Below are positions 48,713-62,450 of a stretch of 64,000 bases of DNA, piece by piece; position 1 is the stretch's first letter, and every line of letters begins with the position of its first letter. A model generated the notes under the pieces. That model ran no database searches, had not been told where the DNA came from, and saw nothing but the letters and a program-made list of their open reading frames with translations. A program made the translations under genes and the position numbers. Source of the DNA: Lama glama (Eukaryota); contig CM052849.1 of assembly GCA_028534125.1 (NCBI GenBank), forward strand, positions 18,972,001 to 19,036,000, written 5' to 3'.

Positions 48713-48934
48713 AGGAGAGCGTCCATGGTTTACCATCCCATCCAGGCTGTGGACAATGGAGGGGACATCAGTTTCTCCAAGGGGAACCACCAGGCTTCCA
48801 GAGAGAGGAGGTAGATGCTGGGAGTCAAAGCCAACGCTTGGAGCATGGCACCCTGGAGAGCCCCCCGATGGCGGACGCATCGGCCACACCATCAGCGTTG
48901 TCCCCACTATCACCATTGTCCCCAGATCCTGCAC

Positions 48935-49392
48935 AGTGGTGTTAATATAATCAGGTTTCAGATGGTGGCCCCGTGCTTTCCGAGAGTGGACGGGGTCTCG
49001 ACACCCCCATCCTGCCTGCTCCTCTGGGGCCCACTACGCTCCCAGTAAGAGGAGGACTCTGTCTCCTCCCCCTGAAACGGGATGAGCTTTTGCGACTGGC
49101 CTGGCTACCCGTGTACAGCCGAAGTGATGCTATGTGACGTGGAGCGCTAGGTCACAGAGGAGCTAGGAGGTGGCGTCTCAGCCAGTCCCGTGGCCCGAGG
49201 CCACCGTGGTGTGAGAAAGCCTGCCTCTTCCTTGTGGGAAGACCACAGGGAGACGTCCTGATCGAGGGAGAGGACGGTGTGCAGCCAGCCGAGCCCTTCC
49301 GGAACGCTTGATGCACAGAGACAGTAAAATGATCATTTTACGATACCGAGTTCTGAGGGTGACTTGTGACACCACGACAGGTTAGCTGGAGC
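48935..49392 (+). mobile_element. Old MLT1 LTR
   Basis: gaagtgatgctatgtgac..ctaggtca..ggccaccgtggtgtgagaaagcc. Confidence 0.55.
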
Positions 49393-49799
49393 CCTGGGTA
49401 CCCGGAGAGGTTGAAATATGCCAGCCTCACAGCTACTCGGGGCCATTTGAGCTCTGTTCCGCCTGACTCTGCTTCCCTGCCACAAGGAAGCGACTCCTAG
49501 CTGAAGACATGCAGAGGGTTTGTCCTCTTCCACCCGAGGACCCTTCCCACTGCCCTGCCCTGCATCACCTCTAGCAGCTTGTTTCCTGGCTTCGTGCACC
49601 CAAGCCTCATTTAAATCCGTTCATGGCCAGAATGATAGGTTTTCTGCTTGCTTCCTTCCGTTGCAGCCTGACGTGGCGTCCCCAGCCCAAACCCAAAATG
49701 TGTAATGCAAATATATCTCTCGGCATCTGTCCTGAGATGACTCGCTGCATCAGTTCATGAGTCCATCAAGTTCTTGCCAGACCCGTAATTAACTGTGAG

Positions 49800-50810
49800 G
49801 GGAGGACGGGGGGCCGGCGCTCCGGCCTCTGATGGGAGCAGGTGCATTTCAGAACTGTGATCAGAGACCCCATCCGACCCGGAGGCCTGGGTGACTTCAT
49901 CCTCCCGAAGCTGTCCCCACCTTACTGGTCCTCAGAGAGCAAACCAGGTCCTCGATGTGGGGACACGTCGCGGCTCTGCGTGTTCCACGGGACGCATTCA
50001 GACTCCCCCCGGACATCACCGAGCTGCCCCAAGACACTGGACTTAGCCGAGCCGTCTAAACCCTTTAAGTCCGGGGACCCCGGTCCAGATCGCGGGTCCT
50101 TCTCCTGTCTGACTGGTCTTCATCAGAAAGTGGCACACGCCAGCGGAAATGAACTATTTCCCTTTTTAGAAAATGTGATGTTAATTTGTTTTCCGGCACC
50201 GAGAGCAAAAGCTTCGCACACGTGGCGCGCCCCTTCCCCAGTGTCCCGTGAGTGGCGTGGTGCCTGAATCCCGGAGTGGCCCCGGGGGCCGGCCGGGCCA
50301 CGGGGCTCGGGCCGCGGCGCCGCGGCTTGGACGCTGTGTGACTTTATGCAGATGAATTCACCTCCTCGGGTCTGATCTGAAAGCGAGATGACAAAGAGCA
50401 GTAGTAGCTTCGTCGTGGGGCGCGTGTGGGGATCAAAGGAGGCCGTTTATGACAAGGGCCCCTGTAGCGTGCCGGTTCACGTATTTTCCCCGGAGCAAAG
50501 CTTTCTCAGGTTCTCCCCGGCTGTCTCATGCCCAGGCTTCCTGGCCCTGCAAGAGCAACAGAGGCACGGAGCTCCCTCCCGACGGTGGCCCTTGTCAGCC
50601 GCTGAACCGCGCCGCCCCGCTGCCGGCCCGCCTTCCTCCTCATCCCCCGCTGGTGCTCGAGGCTCACGGCTGACGGAGCTTCCGGAGCGGGTTGGCCGCG
50701 GGCTTTGCCTCCACCCTCAGGGCCACCTCGAACTTAGAAGGGACGGCGAAGGTGCGCGTCAGAGGAGCGGCAGTAGCCGTGGGCACCTGTGGGTTGACCG
50801 TTCCTCGCCT
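49800..50810. promoter_or_regulatory. Second CpG-rich intronic patch
   Basis: Dense CpGs (ccccgggggccggccgggccacggggctcgggccgcggcgccgcgg), partly overlapping a decayed MIR. Confidence 0.55.
50300..50485 (+). mobile_element. MIR SINE, strongly GC/CpG-enriched
   Basis: gctgtgtgacttt..cacctc..atctgaaa..tgtggggatcaaa..agcgtgccggttcacgta follows MIR consensus order. Confidence 0.55.
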
Positions 50811-51236
50811 TGACTGTTTATAAGCCGACCCCAAAGGTCTGAGGCTTTTGTAATTTGTCACTTGACTAAGGCACATGTTCCCCTTCTGCTTTTATTATGT
50901 TTTACTCTCAATTTGTTTGGGGCAGAGGGGGTAGTAGGTAACACATTCACAGTTTCAGCCTCAAAATGTACCCAAACCAACATGCAAAAATGTACCCCTG
51001 CCCTCCGCTCACCCAGCTCCCTTCCCCGGAGGTCGTCAGAGCTCACACGTCATCACATCCCTTTNNNNNNNNNNNNNNNNNNNNNNNNNNNNNNNNNNNN
51101 NNNNNNNNNNNNNNNNNNNNNNNNNNNNNNNNNNNNNNNNNNNNNNNNNNNNNNNNNNNNNNNNNNNNNNNNNNNNNNNNNNNNNNNNNNNNNNNNNNNN
51201 NNNNNNNNNNNNNNNNNNNNNNNNNNNNNNNNNNNN

Positions 51237-51263
51237 ACACACACACAGATATTTTATACATAT

Positions 51264-51300
<37 letters not shown>
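51237..51300. repeat. (CA)n microsatellites next to an N-gap
   Basis: Seen directly. Confidence 0.9.
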
Positions 51301-51306
<6 letters not shown>

Positions 51307-51999
51307 ATATGTATTTCCTCCCCTAGCTTTCAACAATGTTGCTTCTTTTTTCTTCCACCTAACAGTGTACCTTGTAATTTTCCATGTCAGTACACAGAGT
51401 TCTTTATTCTTTTTTTTTTAAAGCATCGTGTATTATGACATAGGGCTTCAATTAACCTGAACCAACATCCTTATTTTTAACTGGTCTTGGGGTTACACCA
51501 TCTCTTGCCCGGAAATGTTACTTCGAATCACCTTGTCCAAACACCATCTTGAATTTCTGGGATTGTGCCTGAGAAACAAACTGCAGGGGTGAGCCAGCTG
51601 AGTGAAACGGTCTAGGCGTCTGCAAACGCTGTGGGTGCTGACATGTCACGCAGAAACCGCACCGCTTCCCGCCGCCATCGCCCTCACCCACGTGTTGCTA
51701 ACAAGTTGCCCGATCTCTTAACGCTCACGTGTGATCTCCTCACTAGTGACTGGAGTGGAGTTTTAAGATGCTGCTGCCAAGCCACGCCAGTGACTCCCGG
51801 GGAGTTCTAGAGGCGTCCGTGGCGCCGGGACCTGCCGTGTTCCCGGAGCGTCTGTCCTGTGTGCGCGGTGGCTCCGCTGTCCTGACAGCTGCTGGTGAGC
51901 ACGTGCGGTGCACGGGCCCCCGCTGCGTCTCATCTAAATCCTCATCTAATCTGTGCTGTCTGCTGTAATCTCTCCTCAGTCCCAGCTCCCATCTGTTCT

Positions 52000-52520
52000 T
52001 CTCAAAATGGCCAGAGTCTTCTGTTTAAAACATAAATCAGATCGTGGAACTTCCTATTGTTTCAGCCGTCCAGAGCTTCCCATCACATCTGAAATAAAAT
52101 CCCAGCTCTTCACCATGATCCCCGAGACCCTGGGTGATCTGGTCCCTGCCCGCCTTCCCGGTCTTACCCTTTATGCTCCTCACATCAAATGCTCATCTCC
52201 TTCCACCCTGGCCTCTGTGGGGCCTGCGCTTCATGGGCCAAGCTTGTTCCTGCCACAGGGCCTTTGCACCTGCTGTACCCTCTGACTGAACTCTTTGTGC
52301 GACTGCATCATTCAGATTTTTAGGTCTTAGCTCACTGGTCACCTGTTTCCTTTTCTCGCTAGAGCTCACCAGGGTGACATTACCTTGTTTGTTTACAACT
52401 GTCTCTTCCCACGAGAATGTAGAGTCCAGGATGGAAGGAAGGGCCTTGTCCATTTTGAGTGCTTACATCCGTTCCTGGAACAGAGCGGGGACTGAAATAC
52501 TCACTGGGTGAATAAACCCA
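52000..52520 (+). mobile_element. LINE-2 3' fragment
   Basis: ttaaaacataaatcagatc..gcttcccatcaca..aataaaatcc..cagggcctttgcacctgctgt. Confidence 0.8.
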
Positions 52521-55500
52521 CGAATGGTCTTTGCAACAATACCTTGAATTGTCTTGGTGAAGAATCAGGATCGGGGGGTCCTTGAGTTCAGAGTGTGAGG
52601 AAGATTTGCTGAATGACTGAATAAATGAATGTTATGATATAATGAGTTAGAGCATGTTGACCCATTGTACAGACGGAGCAATAGGCTAAGAGGGTCTGTG
52701 TGAGCTGGGAGAATGGTGTCCCAGGAACCAGTGATGGGAGCCCCAAGGTTTAGGACGAGGCACGCAAGTGGAAACCAGTCTCATTGTGCTCCGTGCTTTC
52801 TTCCCCCGAACCTGCTCTCCCCTCCAGTTCTCATGCTCTCTGTGACAGGCGGGGACATACCGGTCACCCACTCAGGGACTTACGAAGCAGTTTGTATATG
52901 CGGGTGTTGTGCCGAGCACTGTCGGACATACGGACCTTTTCTTAAGATGCCATTCCAGTTGGCAAGGACTTCACAGCTTCGCCCAAGCCTGAGGCTTGCT
53001 AGTCTTAGGAAATACAGCCCTGCTTCACCTTGCTCTCTCATGCCAGGCTGCACGTGGGCCTTGGGGACCTGCAGGGAGCAGAACAGCTCGGGCTGTGCCC
53101 CAGAAAGCTAGCTTGGGACCCCAGGAGGCTTCAGATGTTGCCTGCTGAATACCTGCTAAACCCTCGTGGGAAGGAATCTTCTAACTCCGTAAGGCTGATT
53201 GGAGGGTCTCGGAGTGGGAAGCTGAAGTTTTGTGTTTGTATTGAGTAATCAGATAATTACCCCCCACCCGGACTCTGACCTCATGGACTTCACTGCCCAT
53301 TTGAAAAGATGGAGAGTAATTGAGTCAGCACACCAGGAAATATTCAGTAGCGGCGCTGGCAGATGCTGTAAAGGAGAGGTGTGTGGGTTGTAAAGCACTA
53401 GGAACTTTAAAGAATTTTTCACTCAATAAAAAAAAGTTTTAAAGGAGAAGGGGAGAAGACGGGTATGGTGTCGGAGAACTCACAATAGGAGGGTGCATTA
53501 CTTCGAATATGGGTCAGTCGCTTGTAAACGTGATCTTGCTGAAGGCGGCGTAAGTTAAAGGAAAGAGAGAGTGTTGTTTGTCTGTCACATCGGCACCTGC
53601 GCGGTTTGGTGCCTCTGCTTGGCTCGGCTCGGCCATCAGAAGCCCGGGTTCCTTCTCTGGTTGCTGTGGTTCACTGCGGGCTGCCTTCGTCCGCAGGATC
53701 CAAGGTGGCGCCCCAGCCTAGCCAAGGAGAAGATGGAGAGACGGAGGGAAAGGAGGGCAGAGATGCCGGACCGCAGGGAAGTGTTTCTGTCTTTATCTAA
53801 AGAACGATGAGACGTTTTTAAAATATTTTGAGCAGGATGTGGCGGCAGATCACGCTTATGTAGACAGTATTACTGATGAACGTGGAGGAGACGGATTGCG
53901 AGAAGCCGTCCCAGGAGATGCAAGCATCGTATTAGACCAGAACGATCAGCCATGATAAGGGCGAGCTGTCCGTCCTGTCTCCCCGCTGCTCCCTTCTTCC
54001 CCGCATCCCTGCGGGACCAGGGGCCCCATCCACCCTCTCCTGTGCCGCCTTCCACATCCGCTGGTACCAAGCTTGCTGGAGTGACAGCCAGACTCCCTGA
54101 GCTGGTCAAAATACTTGAGCTTATTGTTCAGGTGGGGGAAAGAAAAGAATATGGAAAAGAGGCAGCCTTTTAGCCCAGAGAGATTATTCTGACAACTTTA
54201 AATCAGTCCTCCAGACCCCTTGCTACCTTCTCAAAGGCACGGTGACAGGCTGTTCCGAGGTGGTTCTGCACGCCTTTCCTGGGGAACCTAATAGCTTCCT
54301 TCTTTCCGTTTTCCACATCACATTAATTCTTTATAAGTGGCCCTTATTATTCCTTACTTGTTCCATCTCAAGTGCAGTATTTTCTCACCAGCGGTGTGTA
54401 AACTAGGCCAGCTAAATGGCAAAGACACACCATCCATCATGCCTTTAATTTTCCACCTTGGGGAGGAAGCACTGAGGCTTAAGTTAAGGATGAAAGCAAG
54501 TCACCTTAATACTTCACTGGCTCTTTGGCTGAGGCTCTCACCCTCCCATTTCTGCACCGGGGCAGACAAAAGGAAGCCCCTCTCTGGGAATCGCAAGGGC
54601 CACCACCACGTAGGTTTGCATCACTTTGGATACAAGGGTCTGCTGGTGCCGTAGAGCCTCCCCACCCCCAACAAAATCATTGATTTAGCAAGAAAGGACT
54701 TGATTTCTTTTTTATTTAAACATTTGACTGTAAGAGGCAGGTCCACTCTGCAAAGGCATCAGTTGTCAGCCTCCTTCCAAACTGTTTCCCCATCACCCTG
54801 AGGTGTTGTGGTGGTGGACACAGTCCAAGGTGGTGCCTCACCACGGAAAATTCCAGCCCACGGGGAGGGGCAGAGGGGGAGCAGAGGGCCTGCCTCTTCT
54901 GTGCAAGGGCAGAGCCAGAAGTTGCACCTGTCATTCCCACCGCACCCTGCGGACAGAACGCACACACATGGCCACACCTAGCTGCAAGGGAAGCTGGGAG
55001 GTGTCCTCCTGTAGCCTAATTGGGTCACGTGCCAAGCTGGGAGGCGTCATGCAAGAAGGGCAGAGCTAGTGTTCTCAACACCACAGGGACTCTGGGGAAA
55101 ATGCAGAGCATGACTATGGTGGAAGGAAAACCACGGTGGAGTCGGGAGACCAGGAAGAGCGGGTTATGCAGCCCTTCCGGAGGCGAGGCCCGCCTGCAGA
55201 GACACTTCCTCCCGGCTGCCTCCGCTGTACCTGCGTGCTCAGAAGAGGCCTGAGGGCGAGGGCACAGATGACGTGAGGACGTCTTTACTAAGCATTGTGG
55301 TTGCTTCATTCCCTTCCCAAAACAGCCCTTAATAGTGTCGTCTTGCAGCCATGGAGAAGAGCTGTCCCCTTGCAGGAACAGACCAGGTGCCTTTCCTGGA
55401 GCCCCGTGGTGATGAAGACCCTTGGTTTAATGGTTCACATGGGAGGCAGGGGGTTCCAGTGAGAAGGACGGAGCTGACGTGTATGAAATTGAAAGAAAAG

Positions 55501-55649
55501 AAACCACAGACGTGCCTGGCAAGCAAGGACATGCCCTCCCCTGGCTTTACTATTTACGCTCATGCCCTGGTCTGCAAAGAAGTTTAGGTGGTTCACAATA
55601 GTCTCTCCAATGTGGGAAGCCAAAACAAACTTCCAAGAAACAAAGAGCT

Positions 55650-55835
55650 TGCTGGGCATCGTTCTAAGCACTTTATACATAGTCCTCCAATCTCGACCTG
55701 TTTACGGAGTAGGAACTGTATTTATCCCTGGTTTGCAGACGAGGAAACGGAATGGGGCAGGTTTAGGCAGCTGGTGCACGGGCGAGCTAGGGTGTCAACC
55801 CCGGCGGTCTAGCCCAGAGTCAGGGTTCCTAACCT
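55650..55835 (-). mobile_element. MIR SINE
   Basis: gttctaagcactttatacat..tttgcagacgaggaaacgga. Confidence 0.65.
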
Positions 55836-58127
55836 CCCGCGATAACTTGACAAAGAGAAGATGAAAGCATGAAAGCCAGGTCAAAGCAAGAACGAGGCGG
55901 ATCCACAGAAGGGAAGCCAGGAAACACCAGGCCCTGGCTGGGGCGGACCAGCGGCGTGCCTCCTAGTCTTCCAGCAGCCCTCAGTGATCGGAGCTTCCAG
56001 TCGAAAGATTCTAAGTGCCCAGCTCTCGGGCAGACGGGAACAGTTTGTCCGGAGAAAAGCGTAGTCCAGGTGACACCCGAAACGCATCGCTGCCGTGCAT
56101 CCTTTTGTGTGCAACGTGCTGCAGGCTGCAGTGTCGCTCATTCATGGGACACATGTAGTGGGATGCTTCTCGGCACCAGGCTCTCGCTCTTCGAGACCTA
56201 AATGCACTGACTAGACTAAGACCCTTCTGTCTCATGATTTATAGTCCAGAGGAGAGAGAAAAGAGAGAAGGGGCGGAGGGACAAATGAAGGTATGGCATG
56301 TCAGAGGAATACAAGCACACTGAGAAGTACTGAGGCGTGGAGAGGCTCGCCGGCCGAGTTTAAGCTGTCAGCTGAGTCCTCTTGGACAAAGTGATGTCTG
56401 ACACTCGAATAAAGTTCCAGAGGGAGGCTCCTGGCTCTGCAGGGAAAGGGTGTCCCGGGAAGAGGGACAGCTAGCCGGATTTGCGACCCTGCTAGGTGTA
56501 TCCAAGGACCAGAAGTGTGGCTGGGGCAGGATGCATGAGGGCACAATGGCGGGGGTCAAGGTCAGAGAGGAGACAAGGGACCACTCATGATGTTATCAGT
56601 CAGATCGAGCATGTCAGGAATTTAGGGGGCCTGAGCCCTCTGCAGTCTCCTTTCTGCAGCCAAAATCACGTCCGGATGTGGTTTATAAAGACAGATGCGG
56701 AGAGCACAAACGAGCTCTCCGAGGGGGAAGCAAAAAAAAAAGCTTTCACCCACCGCGTCAGGGGTGAACGTCTGTGTTTCTAACGAATGCACGTCAAAAG
56801 AACAGAGCAGAGATTTTCATCCCCAACCAGTGAAGTGTGGAGGAAGGGTGGGTGGGAGGGCAGGAAATAAAATAAAAGCACAATTTCCATTTTCCATTTA
56901 TGCCATCAGCTTTTTATTAGCCAGGTGACACGGAGACAGAGCCTGTGCTCCACGTGGCCTGCGGAGGGAGCAGTAAAACCTGACAGGTAATTCGCTAAAT
57001 CAAGACAGTCAGCAAACATCTGTTGAGGATGATAATATTCAAGGGGTTTCATTGTTTCTAGGAAAACTTAGTTACGCTGGGCTGGGATTAATTTTTCATT
57101 GTCTCCAGTTTAAAGGGGGACTGCTTACGCAGCTGCCTCAAATAGAACCTTGATTGCATTCTGTCTTTTGCCAAAATCTTGAAAGACCAAACGGGGAAAA
57201 AAAAGTTAAATAAAATCAAAGACCTACTTCAGATGTATTGAAGTCATCTCTTTCTTTCTTCACCACATTCTCTTTTGATCAGTTCTGCTGCTCTCGTGTG
57301 ATCATGTGGTTAACAAGACAAGGGAGCGGAGAGGTTGAGGAGTCAACTCTGGCCAAATGTATTAGGCAAAAAACGTGAAATAGCGTGTAAACCTGGACTG
57401 AATGCAGCCGGGGTTATTTTCTCATCATGAAGCGCCTTAGCAACAGGAGAGGAGCTGAGAGGTAGAAATGCAGGGGACTGAAAAATGCACACACGCACGC
57501 ACACACCGCCGTGGTCACGCTGAGAAAAGCCGCAAGACACGTCCTGACGTTTCATTGGAACGCCGCCACTGCGATGTGCTCTCTGTTGTCAGTTTCCTTT
57601 GCAAATAATTAACAACACTTGAGCGCATTCATGGGCCTTCACAAATCTTGTTTTGACACGCATGGCAGGCAAAGCTGCTCTGATGAATGAGTTGGGTTGG
57701 ACTTCCTTCCAGAACCTGGTTGGTTTTTTCCTTCTTTTTCTCTGCAGTCACTCCCCTGATGTGTGTTTTGCTGATGCCAGGAATGGAAACCAGACTACAC
57801 TGGCCAAACCAAATAGTTTTTTTTTTCCCCTTTTGACACAGCACGAGGTTCAGGGTTGATGCTAGGGCGGGGGCAGCTTTAGTGGCTGCACACAGGCATC
57901 AGGGACCCAGGCACCTTCTCTCTTCCAGCTCAGCCACCTGTGGCATATGCCCATCACTCCCCCCACCCCCGCCACTTTCTCATGCTCACAAGATGGCAGC
58001 CATACCTCCAGGCATCTTATTTGTGTTCCAGGTGGGATGGATGGGGGGAAGGTGTGAGGGAAAATCAATAGGTGAAGGCCAGCCAGGTCTGTCTCTTTTA
58101 ATTAGAATAATAATAACTTTCATGACT

Positions 58128-58880
58128 ATCATCATCAAAATGTCCACANNNNNNNNNNNNNNNNNNNNNNNNNNNNNNNNNNNNNNNNNNNNNNNNNNNN
58201 NNNNNNNNNNNNNNNNNNNNNNNNNNNNNNNNNNNNNNNNNNNNNNNNNNNNNNNNNNNNNNNNNNNNNNNNNNNNNNNNNNNNNNNNNNNNNNNNNNNN
58301 NNNNNNNNNNNNNNGAAAAGATGAAAACTCTAATTCAAAAAGACACATGCACCCCAGTGTCCATAGCAGCACAATTTACAAAAGCCAAGACATGGAAGCA
58401 ACCTAAGTGACTGAATAAAGATGTGGTATATCTATACAATGGAATACTACTCAGCCATGAAAAAGAATGAAATAATACCATTTGCCACAACATTGATGGT
58501 CCTAGAGATGGTCATGCTAAGTGAAGAAAGTCAGACAGAGAAAGACAAATACCATATGATATCACTTACATGTGGAATCTAAAAAATAATACAAATGAAT
58601 CTATATATACAAACCAGAAATAGACTCACATACAAAATAAATTTATGGTTACCAAAGGGGAAAGGGTGGGAGGGATAAACTAGGAGTTTGGGATTAACAG
58701 ATACACGCTAGTATACATAAAATAGAGGAGCAACAAGGGTTTACTGTATAGCACAGGAAACTATATTCAATATCTTGTAATAAACTATAATGAAAAAGTA
58801 TCTGAAAAAATATGTGTAACTGAATTGCTCTGCTGTACACCTGAAACTAAGACAGTATTGTAAATCAACTATAGTTCAAT
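58128..58880 (+). mobile_element. LINE-1 3' fragment (with N-gap 58149-58314)
   Basis: ctaattcaaaaagacacatgcacccca..agacatggaagcaacctaag..aatggaatactactcagcc..3'UTR. Confidence 0.9.
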
Positions 58881-59860
58881 TGAAGTATACCATAAAATTC
58901 AGCCTTTTAAAAGTGTAAAATCTTTTTGTATGTAACAGATTTGTACAACCCTCACCACTACCTAATTCTAGAACATTTTCATCACCCCAAAAGGGTAACC
59001 CCACACCTATGAGTGATCAATCACCCAGCCTTCTCTCCACCTCCTGCCCTCACCCTGTCCTGGTAACCACTAATCTCACTCCATCTCTGTGGGTTTGCCT
59101 GTTCTGGACATTTCATATAAATGGAATCATACAACAAGTGGCCCTTTTTGTCTGGCTTCCTTCACTGAGCATTGTGCTTTCAGGGTTCATTCATGTTTTT
59201 GCACGTGGCAGTGTTTCATTCCTTTTTGTTGCTAAATAATATTCCATTGTATGGATGGAACACATGCACCTGGACACTTTCCCCTGACAGCTTTCTGGAG
59301 GTATAACTGACAGAATTGTATATTGAAAGAGTATGGTGTGATGACTTGATATATGTAGATGTTGTTAAATGGTTACTACCACAGTCAAGTTAATCACACA
59401 CACCACCTACTCACAGCTACCTTTTTTTTTTTAGTGAAAATGCATAAGATCTAATCTCTTAGCAGATTTCAGGTATACATCACAGTGTCACTGACTACAG
59501 TCACCATGCTGTACATTAGATCCCAGATCTTACCCATCTTTAAATTTCTTTTTTAATTTTAGAACCTATCCATCTTAATAACTAGAAGTTTGTGCCTGTG
59601 GGGCCAGCATCTCCCCATCCCTGCCACTGCCAACAGCCCGTGGCAACCACCATTCTACTGTTTCTAGGAGTTCAACTTGAAAAAATTCACATATAAATGA
59701 TACCAGAAGGTATCTGTCTTTTTCTGGCTTATTTCACTTAGCACAGTGCTCTCCAGTTTCATCCACGTTGCTGCAAATGGCAGCATTTTCACCTTTTTCG
59801 TGACTGAATAATACTCCATTGGGTATATTGACCACATTTTCCTTCTCCATTCATCAGCTG
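58881..59860 (-). mobile_element. Two adjacent antisense old L1 3' fragments (L1MB-like to ~59262; L1MA-like from ~59290)
   Basis: tagaacattttcatcacccc..ttctggacatttcatataaatggaatcatac; gtcaccatgctgtacattagatccc. Confidence 0.8.
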
Positions 59861-62309
59861 GGGACCTATGCTCTTAATCCCATCTTTTGCTGTCTCTGGT
59901 AACTGCTGGGAGAAAAACTGGCAAATTAAGAGTTGGGGATGTACCAACATTTATGCCCGGAGGCTGTGGCCCCAGTCAGTGTGGAAGGGGAGAGACAGGG
60001 TTTGGAAGACACGCCCTCCCGGAGCCAATGGCCCTTGTCTCCCAGGCTCCCTTGGAACCCAGGCTAAGCTCCCGTGAAGTAATGCACTGAACGCTGAGAT
60101 CAGCATCTGTTCCCAAGCCTTGGAAACATTCCTCTTGTAAGCTAATTGGCCCAAGAAGGGATCGAGCAGCGCCTTCGAGCACTGGGTACCCTGCTCTTAT
60201 AACTCAGCCCTCCCTCTGGCCTTGCCCTGCTAAAGTGGCTACTGAGCTCTTCAGAGTTTCATGACCCTTTTTTGGGGTCACGAAGGGAGCCTCTGCCTTT
60301 AATCCTCCCCCCACCTCCCAGGGCATGAGACGAGTCCTCCTCCTTCCCATGAACCAGGCATCACACTTTTGGTCCTGCCCCCGCTGCCCTGATAGAAGCC
60401 GGGAAACGCCACCTTCCTCGATGGTGACCTCGTGTGACTCTGCGGTGACTCTGGGGACCTGCGGCTGGGTCTCCTAACGCCATCTGTGTTCTTTGCCGAA
60501 TCCGCAGGAACTGCGTGCTATCATTCTGTCCTATTTCAAACTAAAGCCAACTCATTTCTTTTCTTCATAAACAAATACATTTCAAGAGGAAGCTTTCTGT
60601 TATGACTGAATATGGAAAACCCAGTCTCCATAAATAGAAGGCAAACATAAAAATAAATGCAATTAAATTCTTGGCCTGGGGCCCACTCCTCTCCCCGTGG
60701 GTGGGGACTTGAGAGCCTAAAAGCCTCCCCTCCTCCTCTCTAAATGCCCCAAGAGAGCCTTCATCTTAATCCTTCTCTTTTGTAGGAACAGAAGGATGCA
60801 TTTGAAATTAGAATGTAGGTCATGCCTTGAAGCTCAGCAAGCTGTGTGCCTCCCACCTCCCGCCCCTAGAAACTCCCGCTTAAAACCCGTCTTGAGTGAT
60901 CACTGCCGTGTGGGTGCCTGGCTCCGGGGCTGTTGGGTTATCCGATGGTGACTTCTTGCCCTGTCATTCAAGGCCTCATCCAAGGGTCACTGTCAATCCC
61001 TATCTTCCTCCTTAACCAGCCCTCCTTCATCTCCGTCCCAGCGCCTTGGGTGCCCATACATAGCTTTACTCTTCCTGGTTCCAGAAATACCGGCCCAAAG
61101 TCATTCCTGCCTTCGAAGCCTGCTTCTTAGCTGGTGAGTGATTACCCAGTGCAAGTTACTTCCCCCAGTAGACCCTTCCCTCCTATGAAGCTTGCCTGTG
61201 GCCGGGAAATTTTAAGGTTATGAGTTTTAAAAAGATAGCAATAATAAAGTTATAATTAGGAAAGCAGCAATATCGTAAAAAGGCATTATTCCAAACAAAA
61301 GCGACGGGTTTTAGGGGGTTATTCATGCCACTGCCTTCTAACAATTAAATCAGTTTCCCCAGTTCTCTTCAGAAGGATGCTGCGGCTACAAACAAGTACA
61401 CACTGACAAAGAGACATCGGTTCGTGCATGGAAGTGGCGAGTGGCACCATCTTGCAATAGTGGGAATGCTGCAGGAATGGGGCTCAGCCCCTGGGAGCGG
61501 CCTCTGTGCCGCTGGGTCGCTGGAGAATGGGTCACGAATGAACCCCCGCTGCTGGCCTTTGTTGACAAATTGTTTCCACTCGAATGTCTTCCATTAAGGG
61601 TGTATCAGTCATCATATTGATATGTTACTGTGAAAACTGTCGAAAGACTGACACTTGGTGCAAATACACTGGGTTGGGGAGAGGATGAACCTATTACTCA
61701 CATGACTCGCTCCTTCTCCTACGAAAAAACACCTTGATCTCTGGTTCCCTAATCAAATAATTTTGGAAAATAGTGCAAACTTGTATCCCCTTTCTTGGAG
61801 CGTCCCAGTGCACATCACTTAGTAAGGCTCTGATAAGTCCTGCAGGATGGAAACTTTTTGCTTCCTGAATGTATTGGGTGGCAGAACCTCCCCCCGCATG
61901 GGTACCCTCAGGGAGCCCGCTTAGAGAGGTGGTGTGTTCACTGTGTGCTCTGTGCCCTCCTCGGTGCTGGGCAGGTGAGAGGGAAGGAGAGAAGGATGAG
62001 GAGCCAGAGTGAGGCTTTCAGTCTCGAATGGGAGATAAGGCTACTTGATGCTGACCTGGAATTAACCCGGATGCCCGTCCTGATCCACTGGGCTGACGGA
62101 CCCAGAGGCAGATAAGCGTGGTCTGGGTGCCGTTAGGCAAGGCTTCCTGGAGGAACGTGAACTGCTCCAGGACTGGACAGGCAGCTTAGATTTAGGTAAA
62201 GAGGAAAGGGGAGGTCAGGGAGAGGCAACAGCTCAGATGATGAGACCGCAGAGCGTGGCGCTCCCAAGCAGCGAGGAAAGATTCAGGCAGAAGACAGGGG
62301 TTCAAGGAC

Positions 62310-62450
62310 CACCATGTGCACTGGCTTTGGGACCTTGGCCAGATGCGTTCCTCTCTCCAAGCCCCTGTTCTCTCATCGATAAAATGGGAATCATACCATG
62401 GAGAGTGGTCATAAGGATGAAACAGGTTACCCATGTAAAGATCCTGGCAC
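62310..62450 (+). mobile_element. MIR SINE fragment
   Basis: gaccttggccaga..ctcatcgataaaatgggaatcata..aggatgaaa..catgtaaag. Confidence 0.6.
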
